From: Thermoanaerobaculia bacterium
GTDB lineage: Bacteria; Acidobacteriota; Thermoanaerobaculia; Multivoradales; UBA5704
NCBI GenBank assembly: GCA_045807625.1
Contig: JBJMHA010000044.1
Span: 12,319 to 76,318 of the forward strand
Direction: 5' to 3'
Length of the DNA: 64,000 nucleotides
Program-made: the position numbers and the translations under genes
Notes under the pieces: model-generated
What the model was told of the DNA's origin: nothing
Seen by the model: only the letters and a program-made list of their open reading frames with translations
The model's database searches: none
Shown: positions 1 through 8,910 of the stretch, piece after piece
Layout: each line of letters opens with the position of its first letter
Numbering within the stretch: the first letter of the stretch is position 1

Positions 1-592
1 CGGCCTGCTGCAACTCGGGATAGCGGACGCCGGCGGGCAGGACCCCCACGATGGTCTTCTCGCTGTTGTCGAGGCGGATCGTCTTGCCGATGATGGCGGG
101 ATCGCCGCCGAAGCGCCGTTTCCACAGACCGTGGCTGAGAATGATCACGGTCGGGCCCCCGGGTCCGTCCTCCTCGGCGGTGAAGTTCCGTCCGAGGGCC
201 GGCTCGACGCCGAGCAGAGGGAAGAAGTCGCGGTTGACGAACACCCCCATCAGCCGCTCCGGCTCGCCGCTGCCGGTCAGATTGGCGCTCTTGCCCCGGT
301 ACACCGCGAGCCGGGCGAAGACGCGGCTCTGGGCATGCCAGTCGAGGTAGTCGGCGGGCGACACCTGCCCCTCCGTCACCTCCTGCGTGAGATTGGTCCC
401 CCAGATCTTCACGATCCGTTCCGCGTGCGGATAGGGAAGCGGGCGGAGGAGAAGCGTATCGAAGACGCTGAAGACCGCGCTGTTGGCGCCGATCCCCAGC
501 GCCAGGGCCAGCACCGCTGAAAGCGCGAAGCCCGGGCTCCTGGCCAGCAGCCGGGCGGCGAAACGGAAATCCTGCCAGAGGTTTCTGAGCAT
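1..592 (-). CDS. MacB/FtsX-family ABC transporter permease, ADOP-like (acidobacterial duplicated orphan permease type); 5' part only, gene continues past the left edge
   Basis: Not in the ORF track because there is no stop in the window. Hand translation from ATG 592-590 gives MLRNLWQDFRFAARLLARSPGFALSAVLALALGIGANSAVFSVFDTLLLRPLPYPHAERIVKIWGTNLTQEV..YRGKSANLTGSGEPERLMGVFVNRDFFPLLGVEPALGRNF.., open to base 2. It shows an N-terminal TM helix plus the start of a MacB-type periplasmic domain. AGGAGG lies 4 nt upstream. Confidence 0.85.
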   Translation of the reverse strand, partial: MLRNLWQDFRFAARLLARSPGFALSAVLALALGIGANSAVFSVFDTLLLRPLPYPHAERIVKIWGTNLTQEVTEGQVSPADYLDWHAQSRVFARLAVYRGKSANLTGSGEPERLMGVFVNRDFFPLLGVEPALGRNFTAEEDGPGGPTVIILSHGLWKRRFGGDPAIIGKTIRLDNSEKTIVGVLPAGVRYPELQQA

Positions 593-596
593 CGAT

Positions 597-602
597 CCTC
601 CT
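597..602 (-). promoter_or_regulatory. Shine-Dalgarno (AGGAGG) for the permease gene
   Basis: Plus-strand cctcct at 597-602 is AGGAGG on the minus strand. It sits in the 11-nt gap between the NRPS stop (604-606) and ATG 592. Confidence 0.7.
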
Positions 603-603
603 A

Positions 604-3600
604 TCAATCCTCGTCCGTTCGCACGGTCCTGCCGAGGCACTCCGCGAGATGTGTGGCGACGGCCTGGACGAAAGGCTCCTGAAGCAGTGTCTCGTGGTGG
701 CCGGGGATCTCATGGATCTCCAGGGGCTGCTCCACCAGGCGGGACCACCCCTTGGTGAGGTCGTCGACCTCGTACCCGGCGCCGTGCAGCACGTCGAGGA
801 ATTCCCGATCCGCTTCCACGGTGCGAAAGAAGGTGACGGGCCCGGGATAGACCTCCGGCTGATAGCGCTCCGAAGCCAGGTCGCGGGCCTTGACCGCGGC
901 CAGGTAGCGCTCGACCCAGGGCAGGTCCAGCTCCTCGGGGACGAGGCCGGCCGCCTTGCCGTGGTCCAGGGCGAGCCGGATTCCTTCCTCCCGGGGGAGC
1001 GCCGTGATCTCCTCGAAGGAGATGACGAGGGGCACGCCCGCCCGGCGCGCCTGCTCGCGCAGCTCCTGGGCGACCAGGACCCCCTCGTTCAGGCGGCCCG
1101 ACTGCGCCTTGCGGCCCGGCGCTCCGCCGTCCAGCAGGGCGAGCAGGGCGAGCTCTTCGCCCGCGTGCCGGAGCTGCTGGGCCATCTCGAAGGCCACCTT
1201 GGCGCCGAACGAGTAGCCGCCGATGCGGTAGGGGCCCCGCGGCTGGACGATGCGGACAGCCTCGATGTACTGCCGCGCCAGGTCCTCGATCGCGAGCTCG
1301 CGGGAGCCGTCCCCGCTGCCCAGGTGGACCGCCTGCAGGCCGTAGAAGGGCTGGTCCGGCCCCAGGTGCTGGGAGAGGGCGTAGTAGCAGAGCACCTCGC
1401 CGCCGAGCGGATGCACACAGAAGAGGGGAGGCTTCGCACCGAGCGGCTGGATGGGCACCAGCGGCGACTCGGGAGCCCGCTCTCCCCCCTCGTCCGCGAG
1501 GATCCGGGCGAGCTTCTCCACCGTGCCCGCCCGGTAGAGGGTGGCGAGCGGGAGGGAGATCCCGAAGCGCTTGCGGATCTTGGCCATCAGCATCACCACC
1601 AGCAGCGAGTGGCCGCCCAGCGCGAAGAAGTCCTGGTCCACCCCGATCGGACGCATCTTGAGGAGGTCTTCCCAGATGTGCAGCAACTCGAGCTCGAGCA
1701 GCGTGCGGGGGGCGGCGGCCTCGCGGCGGGTCAGCTCCGGCCCGGCTCCCGGCTCCGGCAGCCGGGAGCGGTCGAGCTTGCCGTTGGGAGTCAGCGGCAG
1801 GGACTCCAACTCCACGAAGTGGGAGGGGACCATGTAGTCCGGCAGGTATTCCTTGAGCCAGCCCCGCAGCTCGGTCTCCGGCAGGCCGGGTCGACGGACG
1901 GCCAGGTAGGCGACCAGCCGGGTCTCTCCCGGTTCCTTCTGGCGGGCTGCGACGGCGACCTCCCGCACGTCGGGATGGCAGGCGAGAGCGGCCTCCACCT
2001 CGCCCATCTCGATCCGGAAGCCGCGGATCTTGACCTGGTGGTCGATGCGGCCCAGGAACTCCAGGTTGCCGTCGGGCCGCAGCCGGCCCAGGTCACCTGT
2101 GCGGTAGAGGCGCGAGCCCGGCTCCGGAGCGAAGGGATCGGGCAGGAACCGCTCGGCGGTCAGGTCCGGCCGGTGGAGGTAGCCGCGGGCCAGGCCGGCG
2201 CCCTCGATGCACAGCTCGCCGGGCGTGCCGGCGGGGACCAAGCCGCCCCGGGGATCGAGCAGCAGGACGCGGAGGTTGGGCAGCGGCCTGCCGAGCGGCA
2301 CCACGGCGCCGGCCCCCTGGGGCGGGACGGCGTCCACGCTGAAGGTCAGCGCTCCTACCGTGCTCTCGGTGGGGCCGTAGTGGTTGGCGATGGCGAGCTG
2401 CGGCGCCCGCGCCCGGAGGGACTCGACCTGCCCCCAGTAGCTCGCTTCACCACCGAGGATCAGCCGCCGCCGCGGCAGGGCGGGCGCCGGCCGGGAGGTC
2501 GACTGGAGCGCCATCAGATGGGAGGGCACGATCTTCAGGCAGTCGATCGGGTGGGCGGTGAAATAGTCCGCTGCCGCATCGGGATCGCCCGCTGTGCGCT
2601 CGGCGAGGACATGCAGGCAGCCGCCCGTCGCGAAGGCCGCGAAGACCGAGGTGTTGCCCAGATCGGCCGCAAAGGTGGACACCGTGGCGAACGAGGAGCA
2701 GGCGCCGAGCCCGAGACGGTGGATGACGCCGCCGACGTAGTTGACGATCTGCCGGTGCTCCACCGCCACCCCCTTGGGCGGGCCCGTGGAGCCCGAGGTG
2801 AACAGCACGTAGGCCAGACTCTCTGGGAAGAGCCCGGCCGGCCGCGGGGGCGCCTCCGGAGCGCGGGCGATCTTTGCGGCCCGGGTGTCCAGGCAGACCT
2901 TCTCGAAGGCCCCCGCGGGCAGCTCCTCGGCCAGCGCCGAGCGGGTCAGGACCACCCCGAGCCGCGCCGCCTCGATGGTCAGGCCCAGGCGCCGCTTCGG
3001 GTACATCGGGTCCATCGGTACGTAGGCGCCACCGCTCTTGAGCACGCCCAACAGGGCCACGACGAGATCGAGGGAGCGATCTAGGTAGAGGCCGACGGGG
3101 GTCTCCGGTCCCACCCCCAGCCCATGCAGGAGGTGCGCGACCTGGTTGGCCCGGCGGTCCAGGTCGCCGTAGGTCAGCGTCCGGCCGTCGGAGACCACGG
3201 CGGGGGCGTCGGCGTGGCGCTCCGCCTGGAGCTCGAAGAGCTCGTGCAGCAGGCCCGCCGGCGCCACGGGGGCTTCCGGCTCGCGCCAACCGGCGAGGAT
3301 CTGCTCGCGCTCGTCCGGGGTGAGCACCTCCAGGGTCGAGAGGGGGAGATCCGGATCGGCGAGAGCCGACTCCAGGAGCCGTGCGAAGCGTGCGTGGAGA
3401 CGCTCCACCGTCGCCACGTCGAACAGCTCGGCGGCGAACGCCCAGGCGCCGCTGAACGCCTCGCCCTCGGGCTGCACCGTCAGCATGAGGTCGAAACGCA
3501 CCAGCGTCTCGGCGAGCCCGAAGTCGCGGACGACCAGGGCCGACCGCAGGGGCTCCGCCGGAGGCTCGCCGGCGGCGCTGTTGTAGTTGAAGACCACCTG

Positions 3601-6600
3601 GAAGAGGGGGGAGTGGCTCGTCCCGCGTTCCGGCTTCAGCTCTTCGACCAGCTTGTCGAAGGGGAGGTCCTGATGGGCGATCCCCCCCACCGCTCCCTCG
3701 CGGACCCGGCGCAGCAGGGTGCCGAAATCGGGGTCGCCGGCGGCGTTCGTTCGCAGCACCAGCATGTTGATGAAGAACCCGATCAGATCCTCCACCTCCG
3801 ACCGCGTGCGCCCGGCCACGTCGGAGCCGACGACCACGTCGGCTTCGCCGGTGACGCGGTGGAGGAGGGCCACGAAGGCGGCCAGCAGGGTCATGAACGG
3901 CGTCGCCGAGTGGCGCAGGCTCACGGCCCGCACCGCGCGCGCGAGGGGCTCGTCGAGCCGGAACGGGGAGTACACGCCGCGGTGCGTGCGGACGGCGGGC
4001 TCGGGCCGGTCGGCGGGCAGGCGGAAGATCCCTTCCAGGTCCCCCAGCCGTCCGCGCCAGTACCGTAGCTGCGCCTCCAGCACCTCGCCCTGGAGCCACC
4101 GCCGCTGCCAGTGCGCGAAGTCGGCGTACTGCACGGGCAGCTCGCGCAGGGGGGAGGGGCGGCCGCTGGAGAAGGCGTGGTAGAGGCTCACCACCTCGTG
4201 GCGCAGGATGCCCATGGACCAGGCGTCGGAGGCGAGATGGTGCAGCGTCAGCAGCAACGCGTGCTCGCCGGCGGCGAGGCGCACGAGCTGCGCCCGCAGC
4301 AGCGGCTCGGCCGCGAGGTCGAAGGGGCGCCGGGCCGCAGCCACGGCGAGCCGTCGCGCCTCCTCCCCGCGGGGGGCCTCCGGCAGGCCGCTCAGGTCGA
4401 TCTGCGGCAGCGCGACCTCCGCGGCCGGACGGATCACCTGCCGCGGCTGCCCGTCGGCGGCGGGGAACAGGGTCCGCAGGATCTCGTGGCGCCGGACCAT
4501 TTCGCTCAGCACGCGGCGCAGAGCGACGGTCTCCAGCGGTCCGGACAGGCGCTGGAAGACCGGCACGTTATAGGCTGCGGACTCCGGTTCGAGCTGCTGC
4601 AGGAACCAGAGGCGCTGCTGGGCGAACGACAGGGGCAGCTCCTGGTCTCGCGGCACCGGCACGATGGGCGGCGCCTCCAGGCCCTCGCCGGCTCGTACGG
4701 CCCGCTCGATCTCGGCCGCGAGACGGCCCAGCACGGGCGCGTCGAACAGGCTGCGCAGCGGCAGGTCCACCTGGAAGGCCTCGCGGATGCGGGACAGCAC
4801 CTGGGTCGCGAGCAGCGAGTGCCCGCCCAGCTTGAAGAAGTCGTCGAAGACGCCGATCCCCGTCCGGCCGAGGGCCCCTTCCCAGATCTGCGCCAGCACC
4901 TCCTCGAAGACGTTGCGCGGGGCGACGTGCTCGCGCGCCGAATCCCCCTCGTCCTCGCGCGCCGCCAGAGCCGCGCGGTCGACCTTGCCGTTGCGCGTCA
5001 GGGGGAGGAAGTCGAGGATCGCGAACGAGGCGGGGATCATGTAGCCCGGCAGCCGGTCGCCGAGGAAGGCACGCAGGTCCTGCAGGTCGAGGGCTCCCCT
5101 TTCGCGCGCCACCAGGCAGGCAGCGAGGCGCAACTCGCCCGGCGTCCTCTCGCGCGTCACCACCACGGCCTGGGCCACCGCCGGGTGCTGGGCGAGCGCC
5201 GCTTCGATCTCCTCCAGCTCGATCCGGTAGCCGCGGACCTTGACCTGGAAGTCGCTCCGGCCGAGGAATTCGACCGTGCCGTCCGCGGCGCCGCGGGCGA
5301 GGTCGCCGGTCCTGTACATGCGCCCGCCGGGCACGGTGGAGAAGGGGTCGGGGACGAATCGCTCGGCGGTGAGGTCGGGACGGCCCAGATAGCCGCGGGC
5401 CACGCCGGCGCCGGCGATGTAGAGCTGGCCCGGAGCCATGACGGGCGCCGGCCGCAGATGGCGGTCGAGCAGATACGCGCGCGCGTTGGCGATCGGCCGG
5501 CCGATGGGAAGGGTACGGAAGAGATCCATCCCCTCGCCCGCGGTGGCGCGCCGGGTCAGGGCACCCACTGTGGTCTCCGTGGGGCCGTAGTGGTTGAGCA
5601 CCGCGCACTCCGTGCCGGCGGACAGCAGCTCCTCCGTCCACTCCCGGCGCGAAGCCTCGCCACCCAGCACCAGGAGACGGCGGGGCAGGGCCCAGGGCTG
5701 GCCGGCCGTCTGCAGGGCCTGGAGATGCGAGGGGACGATCTTCAGGCAGTCGATGGCATGGTCGCGCAGGTACCCGGCGAAGGCGCGCGGGTCGGTGGCG
5801 GCCTCCTGGGACAGGACGTGCAGCGTGCCGCCGTTCACCAGCGACGGGAACACGGAGGTGTAGCCCAGATCGGCCGCGAAGGTCGACACCATGGCGTACG
5901 AGGCGCCGTCCGGCAGTCCGAGGACCGCGCTGATGGCGCGCGCGTAGTTGGCGAGTTGGCGGTGCTCGACGGCCACTCCTTTCGGCCGGCCCGTGGAGCC
6001 CGAGGTGAAGATGACGTAGGCCAGGTTCTCTGGCCGCGCGCCGCCGTCGAAGGGGAGGCCGTCGTCCTCACCATTCTCGCTGCCGTCGTCCAGCGCCAGC
6101 AACTCGACGCCGGCCGCCGGCAACCGGTCCAGCAGCGCCCGCTCGGTGAGGACGATGCGCGCGCCGCTGTCCTCGATCATCGCCGCCAGGCGTTCGCGCG
6201 GCTGCGCCGGGTCGAGGGGGACGAAGGCGCCTCCGGCCTTGAGCACCGCCAGCGCCGCGACGATCATGCGTTGGGAGCGGTCGAGACAGACGACCGCCCT
6301 CTCCTCGGGCCGGACCCCCAGCGCGTGCAGCCGGCGGGCGAGCCGGTTGGCGGCGCCGTCGAGCTGGGAAAAGTCGAGCCAGGCCTCCACCGCGACGACG
6401 GCGGTCCGCCCGGGCACCCGCCGCGCCTGCCCGGCGAACAGGTGGTGGACGCAGGCGCCGCCGAAATCTCGCTCCTCGCTGCTCCAAGCCGCGAGGAGGC
6501 GGGCGCTTTCGGCTCCGGGCACGAGATCGAGCTCCCCGGCGGCGGCGGCGGGCCGGCGCGCTGCGTCCGCCAGCAGGGTGAGAAAGGCCTCCGCGAGGCG

Positions 6601-7794
6601 CGCGACGTCGCCGGAGTCGAAGCGGGCCGGATCGTAACGCAACTCCCCGCGGAGGCCGTCCTCGCCGGGGGTCAGGACCAGGCGCAGCTTGACGCCGCTC
6701 GTCGCCAAGTGCCAGGCGCGCAGGGGGAACGCCCCGGTGGCGGGAGCCAGGAAGAGCTCGACGGCCGGGGGAGCCGGCTCCTCGTCCTCGCCGGCCGGCG
6801 GCGGCTGGTAGAACTCCTGCCATCTCTCCGCCTCGGCGCTCTCGGCCGCGATCTTCTTGACCAGGCTGGAGAACGGCAGGCCGGCGTCGAACGCCGCTCG
6901 CACCGGCAGAGTGCGGGCCATGGGTCCCATCACCCCCCGGAGCTCCTCGAACCGGCGGCCGTCGAAGACGCGGTGGACGATGATCTCGTCCTGGCCGCTC
7001 CAGCGCCAGAGGAGCGTCTGCCAGGCCGCCAGCAGGAAGTCGCCGTCCTGGACGCCCAGGCCTGCCGTGGCCTCGCCCAGCGCGCGGACGGTCTCCGGGC
7101 CGATCGCGAACGAGGCGAGGCTGTGGAGACCGCGGGGGGCGGCCGTCCGCTCGAAGGGGAGGCGTGGGACGGCCGCGCTGGGCGCGGGCTGCCGGCGCCA
7201 GAACTCGGGGCCTTCGACCTCCGCCTCGTCCTCGATGAGCTGATACTGCCACTCCGAGAACTGCACGTACTGGACCGCCTCCTCCGCGTTCCTGCCAACG
7301 GCCGTCGCCTCGGTTGCGAGCTCCGCGGCGAGGTTGCGCAGCGTCCACTCGTCGGCACAGAGGACGGGCAGAGCGAGGAGCAGGGCACGCCCACCGGCCC
7401 AGGTGCACAGCGTCGCCCGGAGCAGTGGCCCCCGGGCGAGGTCGAGCGCGGGCTCGGGCCGCGAGAGGAGCAACTCGTGCCACTCCCCGGGCGTGCCGGG
7501 GAAGGGCTCAGGCCGGGTCTCGGTCCGCCACTCGAGCTCGCCGGCCTCCTGGACGACCTGGAGGGGCAACTGCATTCCCGGCCGCATCCGGAACGTGGTC
7601 CGCAGACCTTCGTGGCGGGCGACGACCCTCTGCAGAGCCTGCCGGAGCAGGTCCGGATCCACCGGAGCCGGCACCTCCATGGCACACCGCGCCAGGCGGG
7701 AGGGATCCGCGGCGGCAGCCGGCCAGAGACGCTTCTGCTGCGGCGACAGGCGGAACCCGGCGATGGGCTCCCCGGAGACGGTTTCTACGGACAT
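604..7794 (-). CDS. Terminal NRPS, two modules: interface-type C-like domain - A(Asp-like) - T - C - A(Asp-like) - T - TE
   Basis: 2396-aa track ORF with ATG 7794 and TGA 604-606. The translation shows LPVLCAD in place of HHxxxDG and two A domains (LAYVIFTSGSTGRPKG; LAYVLFTSGSTGPPKG; NHYGPTE twice). It also shows two carriers (FFKLGGHSLL; FFALGGHSLL), a C domain with HHLASDAWS and a thioesterase GYSFG. Confidence 0.95.
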   Translation of the reverse strand: MSVETVSGEPIAGFRLSPQQKRLWPAAAADPSRLARCAMEVPAPVDPDLLRQALQRVVARHEGLRTTFRMRPGMQLPLQVVQEAGELEWRTETRPEPFPGTPGEWHELLLSRPEPALDLARGPLLRATLCTWAGGRALLLALPVLCADEWTLRNLAAELATEATAVGRNAEEAVQYVQFSEWQYQLIEDEAEVEGPEFWRRQPAPSAAVPRLPFERTAAPRGLHSLASFAIGPETVRALGEATAGLGVQDGDFLLAAWQTLLWRWSGQDEIIVHRVFDGRRFEELRGVMGPMARTLPVRAAFDAGLPFSSLVKKIAAESAEAERWQEFYQPPPAGEDEEPAPPAVELFLAPATGAFPLRAWHLATSGVKLRLVLTPGEDGLRGELRYDPARFDSGDVARLAEAFLTLLADAARRPAAAAGELDLVPGAESARLLAAWSSEERDFGGACVHHLFAGQARRVPGRTAVVAVEAWLDFSQLDGAANRLARRLHALGVRPEERAVVCLDRSQRMIVAALAVLKAGGAFVPLDPAQPRERLAAMIEDSGARIVLTERALLDRLPAAGVELLALDDGSENGEDDGLPFDGGARPENLAYVIFTSGSTGRPKGVAVEHRQLANYARAISAVLGLPDGASYAMVSTFAADLGYTSVFPSLVNGGTLHVLSQEAATDPRAFAGYLRDHAIDCLKIVPSHLQALQTAGQPWALPRRLLVLGGEASRREWTEELLSAGTECAVLNHYGPTETTVGALTRRATAGEGMDLFRTLPIGRPIANARAYLLDRHLRPAPVMAPGQLYIAGAGVARGYLGRPDLTAERFVPDPFSTVPGGRMYRTGDLARGAADGTVEFLGRSDFQVKVRGYRIELEEIEAALAQHPAVAQAVVVTRERTPGELRLAACLVARERGALDLQDLRAFLGDRLPGYMIPASFAILDFLPLTRNGKVDRAALAAREDEGDSAREHVAPRNVFEEVLAQIWEGALGRTGIGVFDDFFKLGGHSLLATQVLSRIREAFQVDLPLRSLFDAPVLGRLAAEIERAVRAGEGLEAPPIVPVPRDQELPLSFAQQRLWFLQQLEPESAAYNVPVFQRLSGPLETVALRRVLSEMVRRHEILRTLFPAADGQPRQVIRPAAEVALPQIDLSGLPEAPRGEEARRLAVAAARRPFDLAAEPLLRAQLVRLAAGEHALLLTLHHLASDAWSMGILRHEVVSLYHAFSSGRPSPLRELPVQYADFAHWQRRWLQGEVLEAQLRYWRGRLGDLEGIFRLPADRPEPAVRTHRGVYSPFRLDEPLARAVRAVSLRHSATPFMTLLAAFVALLHRVTGEADVVVGSDVAGRTRSEVEDLIGFFINMLVLRTNAAGDPDFGTLLRRVREGAVGGIAHQDLPFDKLVEELKPERGTSHSPLFQVVFNYNSAAGEPPAEPLRSALVVRDFGLAETLVRFDLMLTVQPEGEAFSGAWAFAAELFDVATVERLHARFARLLESALADPDLPLSTLEVLTPDEREQILAGWREPEAPVAPAGLLHELFELQAERHADAPAVVSDGRTLTYGDLDRRANQVAHLLHGLGVGPETPVGLYLDRSLDLVVALLGVLKSGGAYVPMDPMYPKRRLGLTIEAARLGVVLTRSALAEELPAGAFEKVCLDTRAAKIARAPEAPPRPAGLFPESLAYVLFTSGSTGPPKGVAVEHRQIVNYVGGVIHRLGLGACSSFATVSTFAADLGNTSVFAAFATGGCLHVLAERTAGDPDAAADYFTAHPIDCLKIVPSHLMALQSTSRPAPALPRRRLILGGEASYWGQVESLRARAPQLAIANHYGPTESTVGALTFSVDAVPPQGAGAVVPLGRPLPNLRVLLLDPRGGLVPAGTPGELCIEGAGLARGYLHRPDLTAERFLPDPFAPEPGSRLYRTGDLGRLRPDGNLEFLGRIDHQVKIRGFRIEMGEVEAALACHPDVREVAVAARQKEPGETRLVAYLAVRRPGLPETELRGWLKEYLPDYMVPSHFVELESLPLTPNGKLDRSRLPEPGAGPELTRREAAAPRTLLELELLHIWEDLLKMRPIGVDQDFFALGGHSLLVVMLMAKIRKRFGISLPLATLYRAGTVEKLARILADEGGERAPESPLVPIQPLGAKPPLFCVHPLGGEVLCYYALSQHLGPDQPFYGLQAVHLGSGDGSRELAIEDLARQYIEAVRIVQPRGPYRIGGYSFGAKVAFEMAQQLRHAGEELALLALLDGGAPGRKAQSGRLNEGVLVAQELREQARRAGVPLVISFEEITALPREEGIRLALDHGKAAGLVPEELDLPWVERYLAAVKARDLASERYQPEVYPGPVTFFRTVEADREFLDVLHGAGYEVDDLTKGWSRLVEQPLEIHEIPGHHETLLQEPFVQAVATHLAECLGRTVRTDED
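620..1470 (-). other. Thioesterase (TE) release domain
   Basis: GGYSFG motif with nucleophile Ser codon at 1210-1212. It covers the last ~280 aa after the final carrier domain and has GHH near the C-terminus. Confidence 0.85.
1500..1710 (-). other. Peptidyl carrier (T) domain
   Basis: DFFALGGHSLL; phosphopantetheine Ser codon at 1606-1608. Confidence 0.9.
1765..3260 (-). other. Adenylation domain, hand-read code DLTKIGHVGK (Asp-like)
   Basis: Cores LTYGDLDRRANQVA, TSGSTGPPKG (~2775-2805), FAADLGNTS, DCLKIVPS, LILGGEAS, NHYGPTESTVG and LPLTPNGKLDR. The code was read by aligning to GrsA-PheA numbering. Confidence 0.7.
3330..4665 (-). other. Condensation (C) domain, canonical
   Basis: Starts LPLSFAQQRLWFLQQLEP; HHLASDAWS with HH codons at 4237-4242. 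Confidence 0.85.
4710..4920 (-). other. Peptidyl carrier (T) domain
   Basis: DFFKLGGHSLL; Ser codon at 4816-4818. Confidence 0.9.
4975..6450 (-). other. Adenylation domain, hand-read code DLTKVGHVGK (Asp-like)
   Basis: Cores LAYVIFTSGSTGRPKG (~5975-6020), FAADLGYTS, DCLKIVPS, LVLGGEAS, NHYGPTETTVG and LPLTRNGKVDR. Confidence 0.7.
6470..7770 (-). other. C-superfamily domain lacking the catalytic His motif (interface-type, I-like)
   Basis: N-terminal FRLSPQQKRLW. At the HHxxxDG position the sequence is LPVLCADEW (codons 7351-7371). About 430 aa sit directly in front of an Asp-like A domain and directly after the free-standing hydroxylase gene. Confidence 0.7.
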
Positions 7795-7800
7795 CGATGA

Positions 7801-7804
7801 CCTC
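7801..7804 (-). promoter_or_regulatory. Putative Shine-Dalgarno (GAGG) for the terminal NRPS
   Basis: Plus cctc is GAGG on the minus strand, 6 nt upstream of ATG 7794, inside the 24-nt intergenic gap 7795..7818. Confidence 0.5.
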
Positions 7805-7818
7805 GTTCTCGAAGCGGA

Positions 7819-8868
7819 TCAGGCGGCCATGGAGCTCTTCTCGAACAGCTCCCCCATGGCGACGACGATCTTGCGCTCGCCCTGGAACGGATTGCGGGCG
7901 TGCGCGGTGAGCATGTTATCCACCATCAGGATGTCCCCCTCCTGCCAGGGGAACTGGACGGCGTTCTGCCAGTAGAGATCCAGGATGTGCTGGACCAGGG
8001 AGTCTTCGATCGGCATGCCGTCGCCGTAGCAAACGCTGCGCGGCAGGCCATCCTTGCCCAGGAGCTCCTCCAGGGACTCGCGCACCCCGGGATCCAGGCA
8101 GGCGGCGTGGTGGAGCTGGATCTGGTTGAAGAACACCGTCTCGCCGGTCTTCGGATGCACCATAACAGCCGGCGCGGTCTGGCGCGTGCGCAGGCTCCCT
8201 TCCGGCGTCCATTCGAAGGCCAGGTCGGCGCGGTGGCAGTACTCCTCGACCGCGGACCGGTCGTCGGTGCGGAAGAAGTCCTGCCAGCTCACGTCGAGGC
8301 CCTCGACGAAATGCCGCACGTACATCAGACCCTTGTCCGCGAACCGCTGGCGCACCTCGGGAGCGAGCTGGGAGTAGATCCGCCGGCAGTCGACGATGGG
8401 GGTTTCGCCCCCCTCCCGGGATGGCGTGACGCAGTAGAACCACTGCATCATCGGCCACCGGTGCATGTGTGAGCTCTCGTTGTGGAACAGGATGGTCTTG
8501 TCGTTAGGATAGGGCGTCGACTTGTAGACCCTCTCGCCCTTGGCCTCGCGAGGCAGATCTCCATACTCGCCGAACAGGTTGGGGCAGATCGCCGCGGCGA
8601 ACGCCTCGAACGCGTTCACCGAGGCGAGGCCGAAACCGCGGAACAGGATGGCTCCGTGCCGCCGCAGCTTCTCGTCGAGGAACGCCGTGTTGGCGTGCGC
8701 CCAGCCCACGAGGTCCACGTCCTCCGTCGCGGGCTGGAGCACGAGCGGGAGCTCGGCGTCGTTGAGAGAGCTGGTCCGGACCAGCTCTTCGCCGGAGAAG
8801 GCGACCGCCTTCGGGGCCACCTTGGTGAACTTCTGGAACTTGTCGCGCAGATCGCCTGACTGCGTCAT
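7819..8868 (-). CDS. Fe(II)/2-oxoglutarate dioxygenase, TauD/TfdA family, SyrP-like NRPS-associated aminoacyl beta-hydroxylase (free-standing)
   Basis: 349-aa ORF with ATG 8868 and TGA 7819-7821. The facial triad H-x-E is in FHNESSH (codons 8476-8484), with the distal His in LTAHARNPF (7900-7902), followed by GERK. It shares blocks with the fused domain at 27969..28990: ILFRGFG, GGETPIVD, FPWQEGD and DN.LTAH.RNPF.GERK. Confidence 0.9.
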   Translation of the reverse strand: MTQSGDLRDKFQKFTKVAPKAVAFSGEELVRTSSLNDAELPLVLQPATEDVDLVGWAHANTAFLDEKLRRHGAILFRGFGLASVNAFEAFAAAICPNLFGEYGDLPREAKGERVYKSTPYPNDKTILFHNESSHMHRWPMMQWFYCVTPSREGGETPIVDCRRIYSQLAPEVRQRFADKGLMYVRHFVEGLDVSWQDFFRTDDRSAVEEYCHRADLAFEWTPEGSLRTRQTAPAVMVHPKTGETVFFNQIQLHHAACLDPGVRESLEELLGKDGLPRSVCYGDGMPIEDSLVQHILDLYWQNAVQFPWQEGDILMVDNMLTAHARNPFQGERKIVVAMGELFEKSSMAA

Positions 8869-8875
8869 GATCGGG

Positions 8876-8882
8876 TTCCTCC
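8876..8882 (-). promoter_or_regulatory. Shine-Dalgarno (GGAGGAA) for the hydroxylase gene
   Basis: Plus ttcctcc at 8876-8882, 7 nt upstream of ATG 8868, in the 42-nt gap 8869..8910 (the largest intergenic gap in the window). Confidence 0.65.
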
Positions 8883-8910
8883 GTTTGCGCGGGAGTCGGC
8901 CATTGCCGGC

